Assembly (NCBI RefSeq): GCF_000027125.1
Contig: NC_017626.1
From: Escherichia coli 042
Lineage (GTDB): Bacteria > Pseudomonadota > Gammaproteobacteria > Enterobacterales > Enterobacteriaceae
Reading direction: 5' to 3' (one strand)
DNA: 64,000 nt
The translations under genes were made by a program, and so were the position numbers. Position 1 is the stretch's first letter; each line of letters opens with the position of its first letter. Below, piece by piece: positions 27,133-37,105 of this stretch. Under the pieces are notes generated by a model, which saw only the letters and a list, made by a program, of their open reading frames with translations, did no database searches and was not told where the DNA came from.

Positions 27133-29861
27133 AAAACCGTTTCATCCTCTGTGACGGACTCGTCGTTCAGAACATCTTCCACGTCTGCTGTGAATGCACC
27201 GTCTGCCACCGACAGGCGAATCCGGGCAATCGCCGTGTTAGCCGCCATTTTCTGCAACAGCAGCAGCGAGAGCGGCGGCAGCATGTCGCCGTCAATGACC
27301 GATTCGAGCATCCTCGCGCCGTTTTCCGCGCGGGTGACGCGGCTCATGATTTCGTCCGTCACTTCCGGTTCAATAATCACGTCCGCACCAAAGCGGCTGC
27401 GCAGCACGTTATCCAGGCGGGCCAGTTTCCCGGCAATAATGGTAGCGAGCGTCGCTTTCGACAGCGGCAGGTATGGCACCACTTCCATACGCGCCAGCAG
27501 GGCGGGTTTAAAGAAGTCTGCCAGCACCGGATACAGGGCTTCCTGCATGGTTTCCGGGTCATCGGCGTGTTCGACAATCACCTGATAGCCGAGGTTGGAG
27601 GTGAGGAAGAAGACGATGTTTTTACAGTCAATCAGGCGGCCCTCGCCGTCCGCCATCTCGCCCTTGTCAAACGCCTGGTAGAACAGGTTGAGCACATCCG
27701 GGTGCGCTTTTTCCACTTCATCGAGAAGTACCACCGAGTAGGGTTTCTGGCGGATGGCCTCAGTCAGCACGCCGCCTTCGCCATAGCCGACATAGCCCGG
27801 AGGGGAACCAATCAGCCGCGAGACGGTGTGCTTCTCCTGGAACTCGGACATATTGATGGTGGTCAGGTACTGGCGACCGCCGTAGAGCAGCTCTGCCAGT
27901 TGCAGGACGGTTTCGGTTTTACCCACGCCACTGGGACCAGCCAGCAGAAACGCGCCAAGCGGGCGTCCCGGACGGCGCAGGTCGGCGCGTGCGGTCAGCA
28001 GGTGTTTATGCAGGCTGGCAATCGCCAGGTCCTGGCCTTTGATGGTGTCACCAAGCCACTTCGGCAGGTCGGTGATGACCGACATTTCATTCTGCGACAG
28101 GCGGTTAAGCGGAACACCAGTCCATTCGGCAATTACCGCCGCAATCTGTTTTTTATCGACATGCGGAGAGACCAGCAACCGATCGTTATGCAGGGCGTCC
28201 AGTTCGGCAGTAAGCTGTGCCAGCCGCTGTACCGGGGAAACTGTTTCAGCGGTCTCTTCCGGCTGTACGCTGCCAGCTTCATCAGCCGGTATGGCACCAG
28301 TATTATCCTGTTCTGACTCTGGCGGCGTATCCACTACGGCATCTGTGTCCTCTGCAACGCCCAGTAACTGCTGGCGTAGCGTAATAATCTCCTGTACCAG
28401 CGCCTGTTGCTGGTGCCAGGCGGCTTCCAGTTCATCCAGCGCCGTCAGTGTTTCATCGTACTGCACCAGCACTTCCGTCATCCGGGCGGTATCGGTACGC
28501 AGCCCGATACGCCTTTCGCGCTCAAGCTGGCGGATTTCCGTCTCCTGCTGCTGGCTTAACGTGGCCAGCGCCGAAATCTGTTTCGGCGGCGAAGAAAGGT
28601 TGATTGCCACGCGGGCGCAGGCGGTGTCCAGCACATCAATCGCTTTGTCCGGCAACTGACGTCCGGAGAGATAACGCTCGCTCAGTGTTGCTGCGGCTTG
28701 TAAGGCCTCATCGTCAATCAGCACACCGTGAGACTGTTCATAGACCGCCGACAGGCCACGCAGAATAATCGTCGCTTCGGCAGCGTTAGGTTCGCTGACC
28801 TTAACTAACTGGAAGCGGCGCGATAAGGCAGCGTCTTTTTCGAAGTATTTTTTGTATTCGCTCCAGGTTGTGGCGGCGATGGTTTTCAGTTCGCCACGCG
28901 CCAGCGCCGGTTTGAGCAGGTTGGAGATATCCAGCCCGCCCTGCTGGTTGCCCGCGCCAATCAGGGTATGCGCTTCGTCGATAAACAGAATGATCGGCAC
29001 CGGGGAGGAAATGACCTCCGCCATCAGCCCTTTGAAACGTTTTTCGAATTCGCCCTTCACCGACGCTCCGGCCTGCAATGCGCCCAGGTCAAGGGTCATG
29101 ATATCGGTGTTTTTCAGCTTGTCCGGCACCTGGCCTGCCACGATGCGCAGCGCCAGCCCTTCAATCAGTGCGCTTTTGCCCACGCCCGCTTCGCCCACTA
29201 CCACCGGGTTATTTTTACGACGGCGGCAGAGAATGTCGATCATCAAATCGATTTCGTGGTCGCGGCACAGTACCGGATCGAGTTTTCCGTTACGGGCGTC
29301 TTCGGTCATATTTTTGGCATAGCGGGCAAGCAGGGTGTCGCCGGTTTCTGTTGCACGGAACGCTTGCCCACCAGCCAGATCCACGGATTCGGCGGATTCT
29401 TTTGTCCATGCGGTGAAATCCTGCTGTAACTGGTCACGGTTTATGGCCGTCAGCAGACGGGCAGCAGCGGGTGGAATATAGCGCAGCGGTGAATGCAGCA
29501 GAGTAAGCAGCAGGACGCCGCTGCGCAGTTCGCTGTGCTGCATCTGGGCTGAGGCCAGCAGCCATGACTCCTTGAGCCATTCGATCAGCATCGGGGAGAA
29601 GCTGGGATAGCCTTCGGCGGAACGTCCGCCGGGATAACTCTCCACGGTCAGCGCCTGGCGTAAATCCTCCGCACTGATGCCTGTGCGTTCGGCAATCACC
29701 CTTACGTCGCTGCGCGGGATAACCAGCATCTGCAACAGCATATGGGCAACGGTGATCTCACTGGCCTGCTGGCTCATACACTCCGAGGCAGCCATTTCCA
29801 GCGCCTGTTTTGCAAAGGGGTTAAGCCGCTTTACCAGCGTGGCTAAATCAATCTGGATCAT
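27129..29861 (-). CDS. clpV: T6SS AAA+ ATPase ClpV (TssH)
   Basis: 910 aa with two AAA+ modules (Walker A GEAGVGKSA and GPSGVGKT); ClpB-like but in T6SS context. Confidence 0.93.
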   Translation of the reverse strand: MIQIDLATLVKRLNPFAKQALEMAASECMSQQASEITVAHMLLQMLVIPRSDVRVIAERTGISAEDLRQALTVESYPGGRSAEGYPSFSPMLIEWLKESWLLASAQMQHSELRSGVLLLTLLHSPLRYIPPAAARLLTAINRDQLQQDFTAWTKESAESVDLAGGQAFRATETGDTLLARYAKNMTEDARNGKLDPVLCRDHEIDLMIDILCRRRKNNPVVVGEAGVGKSALIEGLALRIVAGQVPDKLKNTDIMTLDLGALQAGASVKGEFEKRFKGLMAEVISSPVPIILFIDEAHTLIGAGNQQGGLDISNLLKPALARGELKTIAATTWSEYKKYFEKDAALSRRFQLVKVSEPNAAEATIILRGLSAVYEQSHGVLIDDEALQAAATLSERYLSGRQLPDKAIDVLDTACARVAINLSSPPKQISALATLSQQQETEIRQLERERRIGLRTDTARMTEVLVQYDETLTALDELEAAWHQQQALVQEIITLRQQLLGVAEDTDAVVDTPPESEQDNTGAIPADEAGSVQPEETAETVSPVQRLAQLTAELDALHNDRLLVSPHVDKKQIAAVIAEWTGVPLNRLSQNEMSVITDLPKWLGDTIKGQDLAIASLHKHLLTARADLRRPGRPLGAFLLAGPSGVGKTETVLQLAELLYGGRQYLTTINMSEFQEKHTVSRLIGSPPGYVGYGEGGVLTEAIRQKPYSVVLLDEVEKAHPDVLNLFYQAFDKGEMADGEGRLIDCKNIVFFLTSNLGYQVIVEHADDPETMQEALYPVLADFFKPALLARMEVVPYLPLSKATLATIIAGKLARLDNVLRSRFGADVIIEPEVTDEIMSRVTRAENGARMLESVIDGDMLPPLSLLLLQKMAANTAIARIRLSVADGAFTADVEDVLNDESVTEDETVL

Positions 29862-29870
29862 AAGATGTCC

Positions 29871-30644
29871 TTATCGGAGTAATTTATTGAGCTGATGCAG
29901 AATATCCTGTGTCTGGCTGTCCAGACGCAGCAGATAAAACAGATAAAATACGGCCAGCACAACAAGACCGCCGCACAGTACATGCCTGATGGTCAGCCGC
30001 CGGATTAACTGATAACGCCCGCCCTGTATGTTGTTCTTCTGGTGAAGCAGCGGAAATGGCGCGTCACCGCGCAGTTTGTGCAGGGCATGGTGCAGGCGCT
30101 GGTAGATCCGCTCAAATTCATCCTGTTGCTGAATGGCAACCTTGTAGCGCCCGCGAAAGCCCAGCGAAAAGCAGAGGTATAAAAATTCCAGCAGATCCTG
30201 GTAACGTACCGGCTCCCGGATCAGGCGTTCGAGCAGGATAAACACTTTCTCGCCGCCCCAGGCTTCGTTATGGAAATGAACCAGTAGCGACTGTTTTATC
30301 CATTCGTTTTTGTTGGACCAGCCGTTGCCCAGCGCCGCTTCGTCAATAAACGTGCAGAGAATGTAGCGGAACGAAACAATGACGCCCGGCTCGTAACCCT
30401 GCTCCTGGAGTAGTTGTTCCACAGCCTGGACATCGGTTACCACCTGGGCAAACAGATGTTCCGGCATGGCCTGGCTGTTCATGGTGGACAGACGCATCAC
30501 CATGCCGAGCAACGGCGTGGCGGCGTCAATCATTGGGTTCAGGCTGTTGCCGCGAAGGGCGAGACGGTACTGACGTCCTGATGTTCCGCTCTCCGGCTCC
30601 ATGGGAAAAACCGACGGTTCACCCATATCGCTGATATCGCTCAT
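29871..30644 (-). CDS. tssL: T6SS membrane protein TssL (DotU/IcmH family)
   Basis: 257 aa with cytoplasmic DotU-like domain and single C-terminal transmembrane helix (LVVLAVFYLFYLL). Confidence 0.85.
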   Translation of the reverse strand: MSDISDMGEPSVFPMEPESGTSGRQYRLALRGNSLNPMIDAATPLLGMVMRLSTMNSQAMPEHLFAQVVTDVQAVEQLLQEQGYEPGVIVSFRYILCTFIDEAALGNGWSNKNEWIKQSLLVHFHNEAWGGEKVFILLERLIREPVRYQDLLEFLYLCFSLGFRGRYKVAIQQQDEFERIYQRLHHALHKLRGDAPFPLLHQKNNIQGGRYQLIRRLTIRHVLCGGLVVLAVFYLFYLLRLDSQTQDILHQLNKLLR

Positions 30645-30648
30645 TCAC

Positions 30649-31995
30649 TTATCCCCTTATCGCCCAGAGCTGAAGGTTCAGATCGGGGAAGGTGCCGGAG
30701 ATATGCAGCGCCAGCGCGCCCGCTTTTATCACGTCCTGCCAGGCTGGGGTGCCTTTTTCCAGTTCGAAGTAAACATAACCTTCATGCCAGGGCAACTGAC
30801 GCGGCGCAGCGGTAAGAGTGTGCAGCGGAATACCCGGCACCTGCACGCTGACCACGCTGCGGATTTTGTCGGTAGCGGCCACTTTTGACTGCTGGATGAA
30901 CTGGCGTTGTACCTGGTCGTAGGGCATCCTGGCGCGCACTGCCAGTACCAGCTTGCAGGACTGCAACAGTGTGGGATCGCTGATGGTGGCGATCCAGGTC
31001 CCCTCTGAAAAGAACAGCGGCAGATTCTGCGCACGCGGCACCAGTACGGTATTGAGTGCGCGCCGCAGTTCCGGGATCACGGTTCTGGTGAAGGTCGCGG
31101 TAAGATCCCGGTGATTATACGGCTCCACGGTGCAGGGCAGGCGATTACCTTCGGTAAAGGTCATCAGTTCTCCCAGCAGCCCCACCAGATCTTGGTAGAA
31201 GGCTTCCGGATGCAGCGTGTGCAGTTGTGAACGGTGCGTGAACTGCATTTGATGGCGGTTAAGCATCTGCAACATCATAAATTCGGCCACATCGGCGATC
31301 CCGCTCTGTTCAGGCGAACCGATGCGCCCGGCCAGGTCGGCGGCGCGGGTGGCAAGCAGCCCCTGCACCTCGCCGGAGAATGCCCCGAGCAACCCGCTGA
31401 CACGGACGGCCTGAATGGTGGGAATAAAGGTGTTGTCCAGCACCAGTGCGCCGGTAGCATTTTTATTGAGGATACGGCACAGGGGGAGGGTCACCATCGC
31501 GCTGAGATCATCTGCGCCGCTGACTATCCTGGGGATCAACTGCCCCAGACCGACCGGCTGTTCGTCGCCTTCGTCAGTGTGAAAATCACGGACGCGGGTA
31601 TGGGTGAGGCGGTAACGCTCCGTACCCTGACCGGCGCTGTGCAACCCCTGGATTTCATTGATCACGTCGCTGATTACAGGCAGCGCCAGATAAATATTGT
31701 GGCTCTCTTTCGATGAAAGGGTTCCCGGCTGGAAAGGTTCCGGCAGCAGATCCTGGTCGGGAATGCTGAATACGGTGCCGTCAGGCATACAGCCCGCCGC
31801 ACGGTCAATCATGATTTTGCCCTGGGCAAGCAGTTCGGTATTGATGGAGAGTTCCGTAAAGCCCCAGAAAAAATCACCCAGTGCATCCAGACGACGGTTC
31901 AGCAGGTACTCGCAATGACGCTGCTGTTGCTGAAAATGCTGCGGCAGGGCAAACAGCCCTTCCTGCCAGATCACCTTGTTTTTCATTGTTGCCAT
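30649..31995 (-). CDS. tssK: T6SS baseplate protein TssK
   Basis: 448 aa; N-terminal VIWQEGLFALPQHFQQ motif typical of TssK. Confidence 0.9.
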   Translation of the reverse strand: MATMKNKVIWQEGLFALPQHFQQQQRHCEYLLNRRLDALGDFFWGFTELSINTELLAQGKIMIDRAAGCMPDGTVFSIPDQDLLPEPFQPGTLSSKESHNIYLALPVISDVINEIQGLHSAGQGTERYRLTHTRVRDFHTDEGDEQPVGLGQLIPRIVSGADDLSAMVTLPLCRILNKNATGALVLDNTFIPTIQAVRVSGLLGAFSGEVQGLLATRAADLAGRIGSPEQSGIADVAEFMMLQMLNRHQMQFTHRSQLHTLHPEAFYQDLVGLLGELMTFTEGNRLPCTVEPYNHRDLTATFTRTVIPELRRALNTVLVPRAQNLPLFFSEGTWIATISDPTLLQSCKLVLAVRARMPYDQVQRQFIQQSKVAATDKIRSVVSVQVPGIPLHTLTAAPRQLPWHEGYVYFELEKGTPAWQDVIKAGALALHISGTFPDLNLQLWAIRG

Positions 31996-31997
31996 CG

Positions 31998-32522
31998 TCA
32001 GTTTTCCTCTTTTTTCATCTCAATCGCACTGGCGCGGATATGCACCAGCAGGCGATAGTGGTGGCCGATACTTTCTACCGGCTCAATTTGTTTCCATTCT
32101 GTGGCCTGGTCGTCTGAAAAATAGGCAATGACACCGATATAACCGGTTTTCTCATCCAGCTTGATCGGCGGCAGTGTTTTTACGGTGTCCGGCAACAGGT
32201 TGAAGTCCTGGTGATCGATATAGTTCTTCCCCAGCACGTCGGGCAGCGCGGTGGTGGCAATCTGATCGTAATCGGCGGCCTGGAATTTGGAGTCGTCGCT
32301 CAGATACACCAACTGGACATCCACCGGCGCGGCTTCACCGTCCGCCGTCAGGTTGCTGTCCGGCTCGGTCAGCAGCGTGACGGTCAGCTCGGTTGACTGA
32401 TCCATCAGCTTTCCGACCTGAATATCCGGATTGCGGATCACCTGGCTGATTTTTTTCGCTGTTTCACAGCCAGTTAACACAACGCTCATCAGAACGCAGG
32501 CCAGAAACGCTTTGCCGTTCAT
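31998..32522 (-). CDS. tssJ: T6SS outer-membrane lipoprotein TssJ (SciN)
   Basis: 174 aa, lipobox LTGC, size and position typical of TssJ. Confidence 0.85.
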   Translation of the reverse strand: MNGKAFLACVLMSVVLTGCETAKKISQVIRNPDIQVGKLMDQSTELTVTLLTEPDSNLTADGEAAPVDVQLVYLSDDSKFQAADYDQIATTALPDVLGKNYIDHQDFNLLPDTVKTLPPIKLDEKTGYIGVIAYFSDDQATEWKQIEPVESIGHHYRLLVHIRASAIEMKKEEN

Positions 32523-33811
32523 GCTTCCGGCTCCCGCTGTTTTTCGCGCAGCACCCGGTCATAGACCTGGGCATAAACTTCATTGAACAGCATTTCAAAT
32601 CCCTGCTGTCGGCTGGAGGCCAGTTCATCGTAATAGTTGCTGTACATCTGCCATGCCCAGGCGTTGTCCATTTTCTGGCGCAGCTCATGGCTGCGGCGGT
32701 ATTGCGCAAAGCGGCGCATCAGGTTGCCCGGCGAGAAGGCGTCCAGCATGACACGCAACGCTTCCACAATCGCCGCCCGGTTGGCCTCTTCATGATGCCG
32801 GATGTTGCGCAGGCTTTCGGCGATGGCCGCAGGTGCGGCGAGATGTACCGGGCTTTTACCCTCGGCGAACATGACGTTCAGCGCGGTGGGATAGTCCATA
32901 TCAAGGCGCAACGGGTTGTCTTCCAGTGGACGCAGGTGTTTATCCGACAGGCTGTTCTGTTGTTGTTGCAGACTCAGCAATCCCTTAATGGCGGCCTGCA
33001 ACGCCCGTCCGGCCTCTTCGAGAAACTCATCCGCATCCTGAGAATTGTGCAGCGTCAGCGGACACTCCATACCGCGCAGCAGCGGGGTTACGGCCAGGTG
33101 GTACTGCGCCATGGCAGAAAATTCATCGCCGTCCTCATGACGGGCATTGCCGGGCGGCAGATCCATAAACGGCGTGTTGATCCCGTTTGCACCTGTCAGA
33201 TCGGAGGCGGGGGCAACGGGCCGGGAAACGCGTGGGGCGATCGGATCATCTGCCACCATCAGGCTTTCCGTCTGGAGTGCCTGGAGCGGATCGCTGGAAA
33301 AACCGTGCGCAACCGTGGGGGCAAGCTGATGCTGGAACGGCATTCCCGGATACGCCGGTTGTCCCTCGGTGGTCAACAGGGTGTCCGCCAGACTGTCGCG
33401 GTTCATTACAATCGTTTCCGGGGTCGCCATCCGCTCGTCATAGGTAACAGCTACACCGTCATGCAGAAACACTTTCAGCGCCAGTGCGCCGAGCTGGATC
33501 TCATCCCCCTGGCGCAGGCGGATGAGCGCATCGGAAGAGACCGGGGCCAGATTAATCATCAGTCCCGGCGTCAGGCACCGCAGGCAATAGGCTCCGTCGT
33601 GCCGGATAACGGTACAGGCACGCGCAGCAATGCTTCCCGCCCGGTCCTGTACCTGCCAGTGACATTCCGGCGTATGGCCAATATCACCGCCGTTTTCGCT
33701 GAACAGGCATTTTGCGGCGCGTCCGCTTTCCAGTTCGTTGCCATTCATCACCTGTAAAGTCAGTGAGGCCTGGCGGGATTGCTGTTTTTCCTCAGCCATA
33801 AGTGGTTCCAT
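32519..33811 (-). CDS. tagH: T6SS FHA-domain protein TagH (Fha)
   Basis: FHA-like N-terminal domain, proline-rich linker, C-terminal helical domain. The ORF-track start at 33907 overlaps tssG, so the start is placed at the internal Met near 33811; the exact start is uncertain. Confidence 0.8.
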   Translation of the reverse strand: MEPLMAEEKQQSRQASLTLQVMNGNELESGRAAKCLFSENGGDIGHTPECHWQVQDRAGSIAARACTVIRHDGAYCLRCLTPGLMINLAPVSSDALIRLRQGDEIQLGALALKVFLHDGVAVTYDERMATPETIVMNRDSLADTLLTTEGQPAYPGMPFQHQLAPTVAHGFSSDPLQALQTESLMVADDPIAPRVSRPVAPASDLTGANGINTPFMDLPPGNARHEDGDEFSAMAQYHLAVTPLLRGMECPLTLHNSQDADEFLEEAGRALQAAIKGLLSLQQQQNSLSDKHLRPLEDNPLRLDMDYPTALNVMFAEGKSPVHLAAPAAIAESLRNIRHHEEANRAAIVEALRVMLDAFSPGNLMRRFAQYRRSHELRQKMDNAWAWQMYSNYYDELASSRQQGFEMLFNEVYAQVYDRVLREKQREPEA

Positions 33812-33815
33812 AGAA

Positions 33816-34865
33816 TTATTCCCTGATTCGGATTGTGATGGCGGGCGGTACTTTCGGCTGACCAATAAAGCTGGTTCTGCCGAGGCGGGAGCTGGCAGGA
33901 TCGCCAAGGCGCATCCCTTTAGCCTGCTGTGGTGCTAGGCACAGCCGTAAATCCCAGGCAAACTGGTCGCGCAGAATAAAGGAAAGGAACATGGTCAGCG
34001 GCAGGTGATTTTCGCCATCGGGTAAAAATGAGAGATAACGCTCCCGCGACAGGCCGCCAATCTGCAACAGGAATTTTCCGCTGCGATCCGGCACCCGTGC
34101 GCCGAGGGTAAAATTAACGCCGAGTATGGAGCGTCCCGGAATATGTCCAGCCGTTTTTCCTTTCGGATTACGTACACCCAGCCGGTTCTGGTGTGCCGGA
34201 TCAATGGCGACTTTACGCAGTTGCCAGCGTTCAATGGTGACATCCGGCAAATCAAAACAGTGCGACACCAGATTACAGATAACCTCCGGCGCGCGGCCTG
34301 GTGTTGCCAGAATTCCGGCGTAGGCCAGCATTTTGCTGTGGTTAATGGCAAGCCTGTCACGCACGCTCTGATTACCCAGCCCGACCAGTGCGTACATGCG
34401 CTGTGAAAAGGTGTCAGTACCGCCGTTACGAAAGCAGATGTAGTAGCGGTATTTGCGCCAGGCATGATAGGCAAACTGTGTCCAGCGGTGGCTGAATAGA
34501 TCGAGAAATTCTTTCAGGCCGTCTTCGTTCTGTGCGGACTCCTGCGCCATCTGATCCAGATAATAGCCCGGTAGCGGCGACTGGCTGCCGGAAAAGCCCA
34601 GGAAACGGGTTTGCAGTACATACTGTCCGTTCTGGCTACGGGAAAGCACACTCAGGTCCGTACCCGGAAAACCGATATTGGCGTCAGAGCTGAAACGCAC
34701 GATCTCTTGGGCTGGCTCGGTACGCAGGGAAATATCCTGGCCCGGAGCGCCATACCGACGGTACAGCGCCTCCATCAGCACATAGAAATTGCAGTTGCGC
34801 ACATCCGCCGATAACGGCGGTTTTGTCGCTATATAAGGGCGTGCTGACCCATTTTCTCCTGCCAT
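33816..34865 (-). CDS. tssG: T6SS baseplate protein TssG
   Basis: 349 aa; position between tssF and tagH; TssG-like sequence. Confidence 0.85.
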   Translation of the reverse strand: MAGENGSARPYIATKPPLSADVRNCNFYVLMEALYRRYGAPGQDISLRTEPAQEIVRFSSDANIGFPGTDLSVLSRSQNGQYVLQTRFLGFSGSQSPLPGYYLDQMAQESAQNEDGLKEFLDLFSHRWTQFAYHAWRKYRYYICFRNGGTDTFSQRMYALVGLGNQSVRDRLAINHSKMLAYAGILATPGRAPEVICNLVSHCFDLPDVTIERWQLRKVAIDPAHQNRLGVRNPKGKTAGHIPGRSILGVNFTLGARVPDRSGKFLLQIGGLSRERYLSFLPDGENHLPLTMFLSFILRDQFAWDLRLCLAPQQAKGMRLGDPASSRLGRTSFIGQPKVPPAITIRIRE

Positions 34866-36688
34866 TCCCAGGCCTCCTGACTTTCCGTGTTGATGATTTT
34901 CAGACAGTGGTACGAATTGATGCTGGCGTAGAGAGCAAAAAAGTGCGAGAGCACTGTACCAAGAAGATAAATTTCACCTTCGCAGATAAATGGATCGGGA
35001 CGTATCCACAGCGTGGTCGCCAGCCCGCGAACCGGCACGCCTTTAAACAACCTGTCAACAGGTTTGGTTTCGAGTTTTTCTATGGCATCCAGTTTCTGGC
35101 GCGACAGTCTGGCCCGCTGCGGATGGTGAGCGCCTGGCAGGTCGAAGGTCCGCAGGATCTGGATCAGTGTCTCCCTGTCCAGCAGGGATAGGTAGTTCAG
35201 GTTCATCGCGGAAATCAGCGACCAGTGCATGTCGCCGTCCGTGACTGGCCAGAGCGGCTGCGTCGGGCGTGTGACATTATGAAATGAGGCCACCGCCGGG
35301 TTTTTGTTGACGGCCACGCAGATATCGCCGATATGCAGCCGAGCAGGGATCATACGGTTGGTACAGATTAATGACGTGGTGATCACATCATCATTAAACC
35401 GTGAGCTGTCCGGAATGCTGCCGTCCGCATGGACAAAGGCGATACTATGTTCAAGCCCGCGGTGAAACAGGGATGTTTTAGTCCGGTGATGCCAGTAGAC
35501 GACTTCCCGCTGGCGGCTGTACTCCATCTGGTGCTGGAAACTTTCAAATTCGGGCCAGACACGCGCCTGGCTGCCAGGGTTGGATTCAGTACCTGAAACT
35601 TTGACTTTGCTGGTGACTGTGCTTATCTGAAAAATGTCATAAGCGTCGGGATGCCGGTGGCTGGCGCGCAGCGGGTATTCCGCTATCCGCCCATCAGGCC
35701 TGACGGGTTCCGCATAATGCGTAAACAGGTTAATGGCTGGCGTACAGTGCAGACGCAGTGAGTCCCGGCGTAGCTTGATGTCGGCAGGTAACGGGCGGTT
35801 AAAGTGCAGGCGCAGCGTAAACGCGCTGGCCGGGAAATCGTCCGGTAGTGGCGCAACATCGCGCAGATGGAAAAAAAAGAAGGCTTCGGGATAGCAGAAA
35901 TACTCCTGGAGTACCCGATAGCCGCTGTGGACATTTTTCGGCCACGGCAGCAGTGCGTCCTGGTTTTCAAATCCGGCGGCCTCCAGCCACAGATCCGGCA
36001 GCGGCAGGCGGTACTCTCCGGCAATCAGTTCCGCATCCATCAGGCATTCGCAAAACCACAGATAAAGTTGGTGTCGGGTATAATCGTCTTCATTACCCAG
36101 CCAGAACGTTATTTTGTTCAGGTCAAGCATGGCGGGGGAGACATTGTTATCTGCGGTAAAACTGATATCTATGATGCCTTCTTTCAGGCTGCTGGCGTTG
36201 TGGGTGTCGAGAATGCGCAGTGGTTGCAGCCAGATATCGCGCGCCAGCGTGAAATGACAGGCTACGGAAGAAACGATTTTATCATGATTGTCAGACAGCA
36301 CCTTCTGAGCAGCCAGGGCGGACTTTTCTGAGCGGCTTCTGATCAGTTCATTACGGCAGACTTGAACAGGGACTTTTAACTGATCGGTTTTGGGTTCATA
36401 GGCAATAACCGTCATGGCCGGAACTGGGCGTAAATAGTTTGCCCACAGCATACGGATTAGCCCATGGGTGAATTCGGGGAATTCGTCCTCAAGTTTCTGA
36501 CGCAGGCTACCGGACATAAAGGCAAAGGCTTCCATCAGACGCTCCACGTCCGGATCACCCTCTTTCTCGGCCAGAAAGTGGGCCAGATGTGGTTTTTCCT
36601 GCGCCAGCAGTTTGCCAAGCTGGCGAAGATAATCCAGCTCTTCGCGGTAGTAACGTTCTTCAAAAGCCACAGAGATCACTCCACACAA
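34829..36688 (-). CDS. tssF: T6SS baseplate protein TssF
   Basis: 619 aa; N-terminal ERYYREELDYLRQLGKLLAQEKPHLA motif typical of TssF; overlaps tssE. Confidence 0.9.
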   Translation of the reverse strand: MCGVISVAFEERYYREELDYLRQLGKLLAQEKPHLAHFLAEKEGDPDVERLMEAFAFMSGSLRQKLEDEFPEFTHGLIRMLWANYLRPVPAMTVIAYEPKTDQLKVPVQVCRNELIRSRSEKSALAAQKVLSDNHDKIVSSVACHFTLARDIWLQPLRILDTHNASSLKEGIIDISFTADNNVSPAMLDLNKITFWLGNEDDYTRHQLYLWFCECLMDAELIAGEYRLPLPDLWLEAAGFENQDALLPWPKNVHSGYRVLQEYFCYPEAFFFFHLRDVAPLPDDFPASAFTLRLHFNRPLPADIKLRRDSLRLHCTPAINLFTHYAEPVRPDGRIAEYPLRASHRHPDAYDIFQISTVTSKVKVSGTESNPGSQARVWPEFESFQHQMEYSRQREVVYWHHRTKTSLFHRGLEHSIAFVHADGSIPDSSRFNDDVITTSLICTNRMIPARLHIGDICVAVNKNPAVASFHNVTRPTQPLWPVTDGDMHWSLISAMNLNYLSLLDRETLIQILRTFDLPGAHHPQRARLSRQKLDAIEKLETKPVDRLFKGVPVRGLATTLWIRPDPFICEGEIYLLGTVLSHFFALYASINSYHCLKIINTESQEAWEWQEKMGQHALI

Positions 36689-37101
36689 TAGCGTTGATGA
36701 TTGTCCAGCAAAATGTCAAATTCAAACACTCCCCTGGTTTCGCTGACATCGACCGTAGCCACAATATGAAAACGTAGTTCCACAGGGGCGTATTCATCCG
36801 GTGCCGCAGCCGTAACAACAACATCGGTAATACGAGGTTCGTAATGTAAAATGCACTGGCTAATGGACTTACGGATTTCTCGTCTGAAATCGCTGGAGGC
36901 CAGCGATTCATCATTTAAATCAGTAATCCCCAGCTCTGGTGAGCCATAACAACTGCCGGAGCGGGTATTCAGGACCTGTCGCAGGTTACGTCTGATGGAA
37001 CGTATCAGTGCTTCTTTTGTATTCTGGTATGAAGGCGGGTTGGCCGCCTCACGAATACGTTCAAAAAGACTGCTGGTTGGCCCTGAATCCCGTCTTTGCA
37101 T
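36676..37101 (-). CDS. tssE: T6SS baseplate protein TssE (gp25-like)
   Basis: 141 aa gp25/GPW-like protein. Confidence 0.88.
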   Translation of the reverse strand: MQRRDSGPTSSLFERIREAANPPSYQNTKEALIRSIRRNLRQVLNTRSGSCYGSPELGITDLNDESLASSDFRREIRKSISQCILHYEPRITDVVVTAAAPDEYAPVELRFHIVATVDVSETRGVFEFDILLDNHQRYCVE

Positions 37102-37105
37102 CTGA

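Noticed and set aside
20252-33757. Long antisense or shadow ORFs inside T6SS genes (for example 20252..20806, 22463..22879, 23282..23767, 24065..24742, 27567..28316, 28039..28659, 32687..33757)
   Set aside because: GC-rich coding sequence generates long open frames on the opposite strand; each is fully contained in a well-supported T6SS gene and has no independent ribosome-binding site or recognisable family.
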